Below, one piece after another: positions 1 to 11,349 of a stretch of DNA of 39,783 bases; positions within the stretch are counted from its first letter, which is position 1; every line of letters begins with the position of its first letter. A program made the translations under genes and the position numbers. Source of the stretch: Nemertoderma westbladi (lineage: Eukaryota; Animalia; Xenacoelomorpha); the NCBI GenBank assembly GCA_032718475.1, contig JAUCBJ010006042.1, positions 1 to 39,783 of the forward strand, written 5' to 3'. The notes beneath the pieces are model-generated. The model saw only the letters and a list, made by a program, of their open reading frames with translations, ran no database searches and was not told the origin of the DNA.

Positions 1-711
1 ATTTGATCATACTTTTTAAAGTAATTTTAACGTATTATTTCTGTAATTATAAAGTTTTATGTAATCTGTGTTTGTGATTAACGGTAATTTTCCTATTCCT
101 ATACATTCCTCCATTATGTCAGGAAATTAAACGAATTATTTATTCATTCATTCATCTTTAAACAAATAATAAAATAATAGGAAAGGTAACGATAACGAAA
201 GGGACTACATAATTTATAAACACAAAAAATATAGAAAATAATTCATGAAAGCAACTGATAATTGAAAAACTAATACCAGAAATAGATTTTCCATAATTTT
301 TTACCCCAGGCTGCCAGAATGTGTATGTTTATCATTCAAATTGGGTACAGGTAACATAAACAAACAACATGGCCTTTGCTAGCGAAGTCTGGATTTAGTT
401 ACCGTATGCCAGTCCTTGTTTCAGTAGTCCTTGGTCTGTCTATCTCCTACTTTATCCCGCTATCTGTAGCGTGTCAGCCTGTATCAACAACCAGAACGTA
501 TGTTTAGGTCAGTCCACAGATATAGGTATAGTACAGAAGTTAGTCAGTTAGGCCTAGTAGTAGTAGAGTAGGCCTATAGCTGTATAGAAAGACCGTTTTC
601 AACAAATTTTATTTTACCGGTCAGCTGGTAGTCTGTTTTCTGAGATTCTGACATGATTTGTGGATTATACTGTTAGCAACTTTTTTCGCATAGTTCTTTA
701 GGTGAATAACC

Positions 712-1185
712 ATGGCTACCACGGCTGAAGCTCAAGTGTCTGTTTCAATTCAACCCGTCGCCGTTTCCGTTCCTGGGACATCCGCCACTCCGAGCATCGG
801 AAAGGACTTCTCCGACGATCTGCACGTCCGTTACAAGAAACTCCAACAGCAACTCGAATTCCTGGAAGTGCTGGAGGACTACATCAAGGACGAAACAAGG
901 AATCTACGCAAGGAGTACATGCACGCGCAGGAGGAGGTGAAACGGATCCAGAGCGTCCCATTGGTAATCGGGCAGTTCCTAGAGGCCGTGGATCAGAACA
1001 CTGGTATCGTCGGCTCCACGACGGGATCCAACTACTATGTGCGGATACTGAGTACAATCGATCGGGAACTGCTGAAACCCTCGGCTTCGGTTGCGTTACA
1101 CAAACACAGCAACGCGTTGGTGGACGTTCTACCCCCGGAGGCAGACAGCTCCATCTCTATGCTCGGCACAGACGAGAAACCCGAG
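712..1185 (+). CDS. PSMC4: 26S proteasome AAA-ATPase Rpt3 (regulatory subunit 6B), coding exon 1 (158 codons)
   Basis: Coiled coil plus OB region with the Rpt3-specific sequence [52 protein letters not shown]. Donor GAG|GTAAGA at 1186, phase 0. Confidence 0.96.
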
Positions 1186-1374
1186 GTAAGACTTTACTTT
1201 TACTGGTATGGTTCTAGTGGGTTGTCCTCATTTATTGTTTAGCTAGTCATCTATTTATTAGGCTTTGCGCGAAAAGTTTTAAAAATTAAAAGCACACAGT
1301 GAATGTCTAGGGATTTATCGTATTAAATAGATAATAAATATTATTTTATTTAATTTAATACCGGTATTAAATAG

Positions 1375-1806
<432 letters not shown>

Positions 1807-2182
1807 TAACTAATTATACAGACAGAATGTCCCGTAAAATTTCTTCCATTATTGAATAACGTCTTGTAATATGAACGAAACTAGGATTTAGGTATCTGTA
1901 TTCCTTATCTTATATATTATTGTGTGTTATTTTGGTGACTCAGTCACAGTCGAGTCATATATTCGTATCTGTCAACCAGTTTCCTTTTAGTATATCAGTA
2001 AATAACAGTTATTAAGTGACTTTTATTACCTGTAAAATTAATTATAATTACACTGAAAATGTTGTTAATTACCACAAGTGAAATTTTTTATTTTATTTAG
2101 TTTATTTATAAACGGAGCGGAAGTTGTTTTTATTTTCATTAAATATAAAGATCGAGTGTTTTTTATTATTAAAGATGTAATA

Positions 2183-2231
2183 TTATAGTTTTGTTCAGTA
2201 TTATGGTTTTGTTCAGTGTTATGGTTTTGTT
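2183..2231. repeat. 18-bp tandem repeat (about 2.7 copies) in PSMC4 intron 2
   Basis: ttatagttttgttcagta / ttatggttttgttcagtg / ttatggttttgtt. Confidence 0.8.
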
Positions 2232-2265
2232 TTGTTTATTATTAATGCCGACTTGTATCGTTTAG

Positions 2266-2670
<405 letters not shown>

Positions 2671-3072
2671 CAAGTTTTAGATTCAATAATTTTGTAAATC
2701 TACTAGTTTTATTGTATTTTGACTTCTGGTTTAGCGGCAGTTTATTTCAACACGGGGTTTCCCGCCGTGCTCCAATTATTGTTCTTTTTTGTACCAATAG
2801 GTGCACTGAGAAAAATAACCAAATAATATATTTTGCCTTTTGTCGTTCCTGATAAATTCTCAAAGAATCAAACTATCTCGAAGAAATAAACAAACTGAGA
2901 GATAAAATAAGTTAATTTATTTACAGTCTTGTTTTCCTGAAAAATACGTTTAGCCTTCAAGAATATTTCCGGGAAGTATATTTTACCTATAATACCTGGA
3001 CACTGATGAAGTTACTTGAATAGTGAACTTATGCTTTTTTAAGAGCAGCACTAAATACCACCTGGAGAAAAA

Positions 3073-3179
3073 CTGCCCGAGTTAAGTTTTGCCAATATTC
3101 CCGAGATATGTTTCAATTCCAAGTATTGTCAATCTGCCAGAATTAAATGTTTGCCAATATTTCCGAGTTAAGTGTTGCC
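3073..3179. repeat. Degenerate short direct repeats
   Basis: ttgccaatattcccgag (~3089) recurs as ttgccaatatttccgag (~3151); ccgagttaagt also occurs twice. Confidence 0.55.
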
Positions 3180-3255
3180 TATCTTATATATTAACAGTGC
3201 CCAGTGACAGTGCCGGCTCTAGGATTTCGGAAATTTGGATAGGCGCTGTAGTACG

Positions 3256-3279
3256 TAGTAGTAGTAGTAGTAGTAGTAG
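3256..3279. repeat. (TAG)8 microsatellite abutting satellite array 1
   Basis: Eight perfect TAG units ending 2 bp before the first monomer. Confidence 0.95.
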
Positions 3280-3280
3280 G

Positions 3281-6200
3281 ACGATGTAGTACGCCGTGGT
3301 CGTACCCAACAAATACCAGCTCAGTCCCCCACGATGTGCTACACCATGGTCGTACCAACAAATACCAGCTCAGTCCCCCACGATGTGCTACACCGTGGTC
3401 GTACCCAAAAAATACCAGCTCAGTCCCCCACGATGTGCAACTACGCCGTGGTCGTACCCAAAAAATACCAGCCTATTCCCCCACGATGTAGTACGCCGTG
3501 TTTGTACCCAAAAAATACCAGCTCAGTCCCCCACGATGTGCTACACCGTGGTCGTACCCAAAAATACCAGCTCAGTCCCCCACGATGTGCTACACCGTGG
3601 TCGTACCCAAAAAATACCAGCTCAGTCCCCCACGATGTAGTACGCCGTGGTTGTACCCAAAAAATACCAGCTCATTCCCCCACGATGTGCTACACCGTGG
3701 TCGTACGCAAAAAATACCAGCTCAGTCCCCCACGATGTGCTACGCAGTGGTTGTACCCAAAAAATACCAGCTCAGTCCCCCACGATGTGCTACACCGTGG
3801 TCGTACCCAAAAAATACCAGCTCAGTCCCCCACGATGTGCTACACCGTGGTCGTACCCAAAAAATACCAGCTCATTCCCCCACGATGTGCTATACCGTGG
3901 TCGTACCCAAAAAATACCAGCTCAGTCCCCCACGATGTGCAACGCAGTGATTGTACCCAACAAATACCAGCCTATTCCCCCACGATGTGCTACACCATGG
4001 TCGTACCAACAAATACCAGCTCAGTCCCCCACGATGTGCTACACCGTGGTCGTACCCAAAAAATACCAGCCTATTCCCCCACGATGTAGTACGCCGTGGT
4101 CGTACCCAAAAAATACCAGCCTATTCCCCCACGATGTAGTACGCCGTGTTTGTACCCAAAAAATACCAGCTCAGTCCCCCACGATGTGCTACACCGTGGT
4201 CGTACCCAAAAATACCAGCTCAGTCCCCCACGATGTGCTACACCGTGGTCGTACACAAAAAATACCAGCCTATTCCCCCACGATGTAGTACGCAGTGGTT
4301 GTACCCAAAAAATACCAGCTCAGTCCCCCACGATGTAGTACGCCGTGGTTGTACCCAAAAAATACCAGCTCATTCCCCCACGATGTGCTACACCGTGGTC
4401 GTACGCAAAAAATACCAGCTCAGTCCCCCACGATGTGCTACGCAGTGGTTGTACCCAAAAAATACCAGCTCAGTCCCCCACGATGTGCTACACCGTGGTC
4501 GTACCCAAAAAATACCAGCTCAGTCCCCCACGATGTGCTACACCGTGGTCGTACCCAAAAAATACCAGCTCATTCCCCCACGATGTGCTATACCGTGGTC
4601 GTACCCAAAAAATACCAGCTCAGTCCCCCACGATGTGCTACACCGTGGTCGTACCCAAAAAATACCAGCTCAGTCCCCCACGATGTAGTACGCCGTGGTC
4701 GTACCCAAAAAATACCAGCTCAGTCCCCCACGATGTGCTACACCGTGGTCGTACCCAAAAAATACCAGCTCAGTCCCCCACGATGTAGTACGCCGTGGTC
4801 GTACCCAACAAATACCAGTCAGTCCCCCACGATGTGCTACACCGTGGTCGTACCCAAAAAATACCAGCTCAGTCCCCCACGATGTAGTACGCCGTGGTCG
4901 TACCCAAAAAATACCAGCTCATTCCCCCACGATGTGCTATACCGTGGTCGTACCCAAAAAATACCAGCTCAGTCCCCCACGATGTGCTACACCGTGGTCG
5001 TACCCAAAAAATACCAGCTCAGTCCCCCACGATGTAGTACGCCGTGGTCGTACCCAACAAATACCAGTCAGTCCCCCACGATGTGCTACACCGTGGTCGT
5101 ACCCAACAAATACCAGCCTATTCCCCCACGATGTAGTACGCCGTGGTCGTACCCAAAAAATACCAGCTCAGTCCCCCACGATGTGCTACACCGTGGTCGT
5201 ATCCAAAAAATACCAACTCAGTCCCCCACGATGTGCTACACCGTGGTCGTACCCAAAAAATACCAGCTCAGTCCCCCACGATGTAGTACGCCGTGGTTGT
5301 ACCCAAAAAATACCAGCTCATTCCCCCACGATGTGCTACACCGTGGTCGTACCCAAAAAATACCAGCTCAGTCCCCCACGATGTAGTACGCCGTGGTCGT
5401 ACCCAACAAATACCAGTCAGTCCCCCACGATGTGCTACACCGTGGTCGTACCCAAAAAATACCAGCCTATTCCCCCACGATGTAGTACGCCGTGGTCGTA
5501 CCCAAAAAATACCAGCTCAGTCCCCCACGATGTGCTACACCGTGGTCGTACCCAAAAAATACCAGCCTATTCCCCCACGATGTAGTACGCCGTGGTCGTA
5601 CCCAACAAATACCAGCTCAGTCCCCCACGATGTAGTACGCCGTGGTCGTACCCAACAAATACCAGTCAGTCCCCCACGATGTGCTACACCGTGGTCGTAC
5701 CCAAAAAATACCAGCCTATTCCCCCACGATGTAGTACGCCGTGGTCGTACCCAAAAAATACCAGCTCAGTCCCCCACGATGTGCTACACCGTGGTCGTAT
5801 CCAAAAAATACCAACTCAGTCCCCCACGATGTGCTACACCGTGGTCGTACCCAAAAATACCAGCTCAGTCCCCCACGATGTAGTACGCCGTGGTCGTACC
5901 CAACAAATACCAGTCAGTCCCCCACGATGTGCTACACCGTGGTCGTACCCAACAAATACCAGCCTATTCCCCCACGATGTAGTACGCCGTGGTCGTACCC
6001 AAAAAATACCAGCTCAGTCCCCCACGATGTGCTACACCGTGGTCGTACCCAACAAATACCAGCCTATTCCCCCACGATGTAGTACGCCGTGGTCGTACGC
6101 AAAAAATACCAGCTCAGTCACCCACGATGTGCTACACCGTGGTCGTACCCAACAAATACCAGCTCAGTCCCCCACGATGTGCTACACCGTGGTCGTACCC

Positions 6201-7297
6201 AACAAATACCAGCCTATTCCCCCACGATGTAGTACGCCGTGGTCGTACGCAAAAAATACCAGCTCAGTCACCCACGATGTGCTACACCGTGGTCGTACCC
6301 AACAAATACCAGCTCAGCCCCCCACGATGTGCTACACCGTGGTCGTACCTAACAAATACCAGCTCAGTCCCCCACGATGTGCTACACCGTGGTCGTACCC
6401 AACAAATACCAGCTCATTCCCCCACGATGTAGTACACCGTGGTCGTACCCAAAATATACCAGCTCAGTCCCCCACGATGTGCTACACCGTGGTCGTACCC
6501 AACAAATACCAGCTCAGTCCCCCACGATGTGCTACACCGTGGTCGTACCCAAAAAATACCAGCTCATTCCCCCACGATGTAGTACACCGTGGTCGTACCC
6601 AAAATATACCAGCTCAGTCCCCCACGATGTGCTACACCGTGGTCGTACCCAACAAATACCAGCTCAGTCCCCCGCGATGTGCTACACCGTGGTCGTACCT
6701 AACAAATACCAGCTCAGTCCCCCACGATGTGCTAGACCGTGGTCGTACCCAACAAATACCAGCCTATTCCCCCACGATTTAGTACGCCGTGGTTGTACCC
6801 AAAAAATACCAGCTCAGTCCCCCACGATGTAGTACGCAGTGGTTGTACCCAAAATATACCAGCTCATTCCCCCACGATGTAGTACACCGTGGTTGTACCC
6901 AACAAATACCAGCCTATTCCCCCACGATTTAGTACGCAGTGGTTGTACCCAAAATGTACCAGCTCAGTCCCCCACGATGTGCTACACCGTGGTCGTACCC
7001 AACAAATACCAGCTCAGCCCCCCACGATGTGTTTGCTACCCAGTGGTCGTACCCAAAAAATACCAGCTCAGTCCCCCACGATGTAGTACGCAGTGGTTGT
7101 ACCCAAAATATACCAGCTCATTCCCCCACGATGTAGTACGCCGTGGTTGTACCAAAAAAATACCAGCTCAGTCCCCCACGATGTAGTACGCAGTGGTTGT
7201 ACCCAAAATATACCAGCTCAGTCCCCCACGATGTGCTACTGTACGCCGTGGTCGTACCCAAAATATACCAGCTCAGTCCCCCACGATGTGCTACACA
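3281..7297. repeat. Satellite array 1: 50-bp monomer, about 80 copies
   Basis: Consensus CCCACGATGTGCTACACCGTGGTCGTACCCAAAAAATACCAGCTCAGTCC, with recurrent variants (GTAGTACGCC, CCTATT, AACAAAT, 49-bp deletion types). The overlapping repetitive ORFs here are artefacts of the array. Confidence 0.98.
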
Positions 7298-7600
7298 GTG
7301 CGCATCGGCATCGTGCATTCCGTACGTCGTACTGAATAGTGAATAGGCCTACAGTACTGTATATACTGCTAATAATTACCCCATGTCATATACGTGTAAT
7401 ACTAACTGGTTAGTTGTTATTACAAAAATTGTGCAGTAAGGCGGGAAATTTAAATTGCGAACAACTGTTTGTTTATTCTGCTCAGTTTGTAATATATTCT
7501 GATTGATGAAAAGCGAAAGCGTTTTTTTTTGTTACTGTTCTGATGTTGTTGGTTGTTTTTACCGTTGTTGATTGTGTGTGCTGCAGGATGCATTGACTCG

Positions 7601-7664
7601 CATCGCTAGATCGCTGCTTAGATCGCATCATCGCTTACATCGCTAGAAGCTGCATCGCTAGATG
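7601..7664. repeat. Cluster of degenerate CATCGCTAGA repeats directly 5' of the RPIA ORF
   Basis: CATCGCTAGA three times plus partial ATCGC copies; the last copy runs into the ATG at 7662. Confidence 0.65.
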
Positions 7665-8582
7665 AATATTGTTACAAAATATCAGTTATATGGGTTCCGC
7701 TTTAGGTACCAATCGCCTAAACCTTCATTGGCCAGTCGTTTAACATATAAACATTTATTGTCTGGCCGTTGCCCTTTACTAGTCAAGCGTTCATTGGCTA
7801 CCGTTATAATGTCGGATAAACTGCATGATATAATTGAGCGCTCTAAACGCGTAGCCTCAAACACGGCAGTGGACGAAATGATAAAGAGCGGGCAGATAGT
7901 TGGAATCGGGAGCGGAACAACCGTCGTCTACGCGGTGGAACGCATTGCGGAACGAGTGAGGAACGGAACACTAACCGATATACGTTGCATACCAACCTCC
8001 TACCAAGCCAAAGGTCTTATTGATCAATACAAACTACCTTTTACTGACTTAGATAATCACCCCGAACCCGATGTTGCTGTTGACGGCCTCGACGAATTTG
8101 ATCCGGATCTCACGATGCTGAAAGGTGGCGGGGCGTGTCTGACTCGCGAGAAGATAATCGCATCGTGCGCTAAAATAGTAGTGGGAATCGCGGACTTCCG
8201 TAAGGAGACGGAACGTTTGGGAACGTTCCACACTAAAGGGATCCCCGTTGAAGTCATTCCGGTGGCTCACGTTCCCGTAAGTCGGAGAATCGTCTCACAA
8301 TTCGGCGGCCGTTGCGAACTCCGAATGGCCAGTAAGAAGGTCGGCCCTATAGTAACGGATAACGGGAACTTCATCGTTGATTGGCTGTTTCCCGGAGCGC
8401 CGGGGGCCGACCCAGGGACTCCCACCCCTGATTTGTCAATCACACCGGATTGGGCGGGTGTGGACCGTGGGATCACAATGATCTCGGGGGTCGTTGAAAC
8501 TGGTCTATGCGTTGCCATGGCTACACATATATTCGTTGGGGCCCGGGATGGAACATGTTATGTTCGGCGGCGCAACTCTTAA
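7662..8582 (+). CDS. RPIA: Ribose-5-phosphate isomerase A, single-exon CDS; alternative in-frame start at ATG 7809
   Basis: RpiA motifs GIGSGTT, CIPTS, DGxDE, KGGGACLTREK, IPVEV, GPIVTDNGNFIVD and GVVETGL in one uninterrupted ORF. Confidence 0.93.
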   Translation: MNIVTKYQLYGFRFRYQSPKPSLASRLTYKHLLSGRCPLLVKRSLATVIMSDKLHDIIERSKRVASNTAVDEMIKSGQIVGIGSGTTVVYAVERIAERVRNGTLTDIRCIPTSYQAKGLIDQYKLPFTDLDNHPEPDVAVDGLDEFDPDLTMLKGGGACLTREKIIASCAKIVVGIADFRKETERLGTFHTKGIPVEVIPVAHVPVSRRIVSQFGGRCELRMASKKVGPIVTDNGNFIVDWLFPGAPGADPGTPTPDLSITPDWAGVDRGITMISGVVETGLCVAMATHIFVGARDGTCYVRRRNS

Positions 8583-9391
8583 ACATATGATTCGTAAATA
8601 TTTAACTATTTATTATATTGTGTGCCTAATAGGACTTTACCTCACATCTACACTAATATTATTTACCTTAAATAAAGTGCAAATTTTAATATTTGTAATA
8701 AATATTTCCATAGGTTGATTAAGCTCATGTGTATAGATTAGATAGTTCTTGTAACAATAGGGTTGGTGACTCAGAAAATTTCATTCCAGTTTTTGTTGGT
8801 TTCATGTGAAAGAGCATGTGAAAAAAAAAAGCCAGAGAACAATTATTATTTTACTTAAAAAATTAATATTGGCCGAGTTATCGCGATTTTAAAACGCTTA
8901 ATTATCTAAATGAATGTTTGATTTCTTTAATTCCAAACATTTGGATTAAACACAGGAATAAATTAAAACTAATAAATAAAAGACTGTATATAGAGAGCGA
9001 GGCGGGTTAATTTCTGAACGTTTTAAATTGTTATTCATGCAGTAAAACTTCGTGTAAATATATATAATATAAATTTTAAATCGATGTCAGAGCGTCGGAA
9101 TAAATTAAATGAAATGTTATACTCGTTCGAGGGTCATCAGATACAGAGCCGTGTGCAAAGTGGACCACAACTCGATGATACTAGGGCAAGAGCGATAATA
9201 TTCGGTTGTGTCTGCTGAGAGACCTACCATTACCACAGAGACACAACCAACATTTGCAGGACTCATTAAAAATGGTGTTCGAAATTTTTTGGCATTATTT
9301 CAAATTGTCAGCATTCTGAATGCTTAATTATAATACTTTAATGTTGAGAAATATTAATGAAATTTATATCATTTTTATCTTACACCAAGCA

Positions 9392-9417
9392 AGGCCATCG
9401 TAATATTACGATGGCCT
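9392..9417. repeat. Perfect 26-bp palindrome
   Basis: AGGCCATCGTAAT|ATTACGATGGCCT is its own reverse complement. Confidence 0.95.
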
Positions 9418-9464
9418 CTTGTATGTTAAAAATGAATCAGCTCCTGCCTGACAACTGAAGAAGG

Positions 9465-9570
9465 AAAGGAAACTCGATCACAACCGAGCCCTCCGGTTCA
9501 CAAAGATCTCCATTGGCTCCCAGTTAGACAGCCGTACAAATTTCAAATTGCCTTAGTGACTTACAAAAAT
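9465..9570 (+). mobile_element. Short decayed L2-clade LINE fragment (ORF2 C-terminus)
   Basis: Translates, with frameshifts, to RK.DH...KDLHWLPVRQ...IALVTYK, matching the L2 C-terminal motif DH...LHWLPV..RI.FK. Confidence 0.55.
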
Positions 9571-9654
9571 GCCTCGGCTCTGGGCTCCAGCGAATCTGCA
9601 CTTTTATAGTATGTTTACCCATTTTTTCTTTTTATGTCAAACTTGTTAACGGCT

Positions 9655-10775
9655 TTGACTAAAAAAGTGACTTACAATAAATATAATCTGGCATTACTAT
9701 GTTATGGGTAGGCCTACCTAATTTTTGACCATTTATTTGACCATGTTAATGGCTATTATCATGGGGTTTTTGTTTTAGAACATAAATATCATCTTCTGTG
9801 AGACGTTAGCTAGTGTTTTTTTGATGGTAGCTACTTTTTTTTAAATTACAAAACCAAATTTTTGGTACCTAATTTTTGATCAATTTTTGACCATGTTGAT
9901 GTTTTGTGTTTTAGAACGTAAATTTCACCTTCTGAGAAAGGTTACCTTTTATTTTTTATTATGGTAGCTAGTGTTTTTAAAGGTAGCTAGTGACCTTAAA
10001 ATTACAAAAGTAAATTTGTAGTGCCCCTTTTTTTAGACAATTTCCATATCATCAATTTATTCTCGAAATGATTATTTGATTCCTAATAAAAAGGTAAATA
10101 AATCAAGAAATGTTTTTGGAAAATTGTTCTGGAAAAGATCAAGAAAATAATATTATTAAACATGATAAGTGTTCTGACTGAGTATAATAATAAAAATGTA
10201 TATAATTTACATTCCTGAATAGTAAAAACTCTTGCATCTGCCTAAATCTTGTATAAAAAACTTGCTAGTGAATAATTACAAGCTACTTTTGGCTATCAAA
10301 TAAAAGTTACTAGCTACCATGACTCATAAATTATTCCAGGCAAATATATAATATAATTGAGAATTATATTATATCTTAAATTTTTTTACTAGCTAATAAA
10401 TACAGTAGTTCTAGCTAACACAAAATCAAAAGTAATAGCTACCATCTTACTGTCAGAAGGTCAAATATTTGTTCTAGAACAAAAAACCTCATAATAAAAG
10501 CCATTTTAAAAGAAAAAAGTTGTTCGAATTTTTTTTCAATTTTTCAATTATAATTTTGTTCATTAGCTAATAAAAAGTACTAGCTAACACAAAATCAAAA
10601 TTACTAGCTACCATCGTACTGGCAGAAAGTTAAATATTTCTTCTAGAACAAAAAACGTCATGATAAAAGCCATTTTCATATGAAAAAATTTGTTTAAAAA
10701 GTGGGTACCCATAACATACTGTAGTAGTGCCAATATGTTCATATGATTTTATTTTGTAAAAGGACATATTTTGTC
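9655..10775. mobile_element. Degenerate long inverted repeat with internal tandem subunits (foldback/MITE-like)
   Basis: tggcattactatgttatgggta (~9689) pairs with tacccataacatactgtagtagtgcca (~10706-10732). Two direct copies on the right (10385-10507, 10561-10676) are the reverse complement of two copies on the left (~9750-9840, ~9900-9995). Confidence 0.65.
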
Positions 10776-11349
10776 AATATAGTTTTAGTGTTTAGATCCG
10801 TTTCCATAGAATACGTTTTTATTTACCTGTAAATTTGGTGTTGGTGGGGGTGGGGTGGGTGGTGGAAGCGCTGGGTAGTTGCTAGCTATTACTCTATTTC
10901 TATGAATTTATTTAGGCTTATTGCTTAGGGTAACTACAGTATTAATATACTGTACTACAGTACTTACTTCTAACTCTTTCCGCAAATATATGGTTTGTTG
11001 TGTCGTGCTGTGTTATAGTTATAGTTACAGTAGGTGCACCTACATGCTGTTTCTATCATCACTTACATAAATAACATCATATCCTTATCCTTACTTACTC
11101 TTACAACAGTTAACGTTACCCCTACAACTGTGCAACAATACAGTAATAATACACACCCCATCTGCTGTCTCTGCCTGCCCATTTATATTTAAATGTTGTA
11201 GCAGATTGCCAACCTCAGAACCTTGCAACCTACATCCCTACATCCATGCCTATTATTTATACCGCAATAATTTTATCTGATTGCTAATTAATTACCTCTG
11301 ATTTATTTCTTAATTAATATAAATAATACCTTCCCGTGATTGATAAGTT

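Noticed and set aside
619-627. GGTCAGCTG shared by the PSMC4 and RAD51 (28384-28392) upstream regions
   Set aside because: A single 9-mer match, not seen upstream of the other two genes; insufficient for a regulatory call.
3208-3244. CAGTGCCGGCTCTAGGATTT resembles a MITE left terminus just before array 1
   Set aside because: No matching inverted partner found in the window, so no element boundary can be supported.
3296-7346. Many overlapping repetitive ORFs (VVVPKKYQLSPPRCATPWSYPK...)
   Set aside because: A 50-bp monomer cycles through all three frames and the main variant has no + strand stop. Frequent 1-bp indels and TAG variants show no frame conservation.
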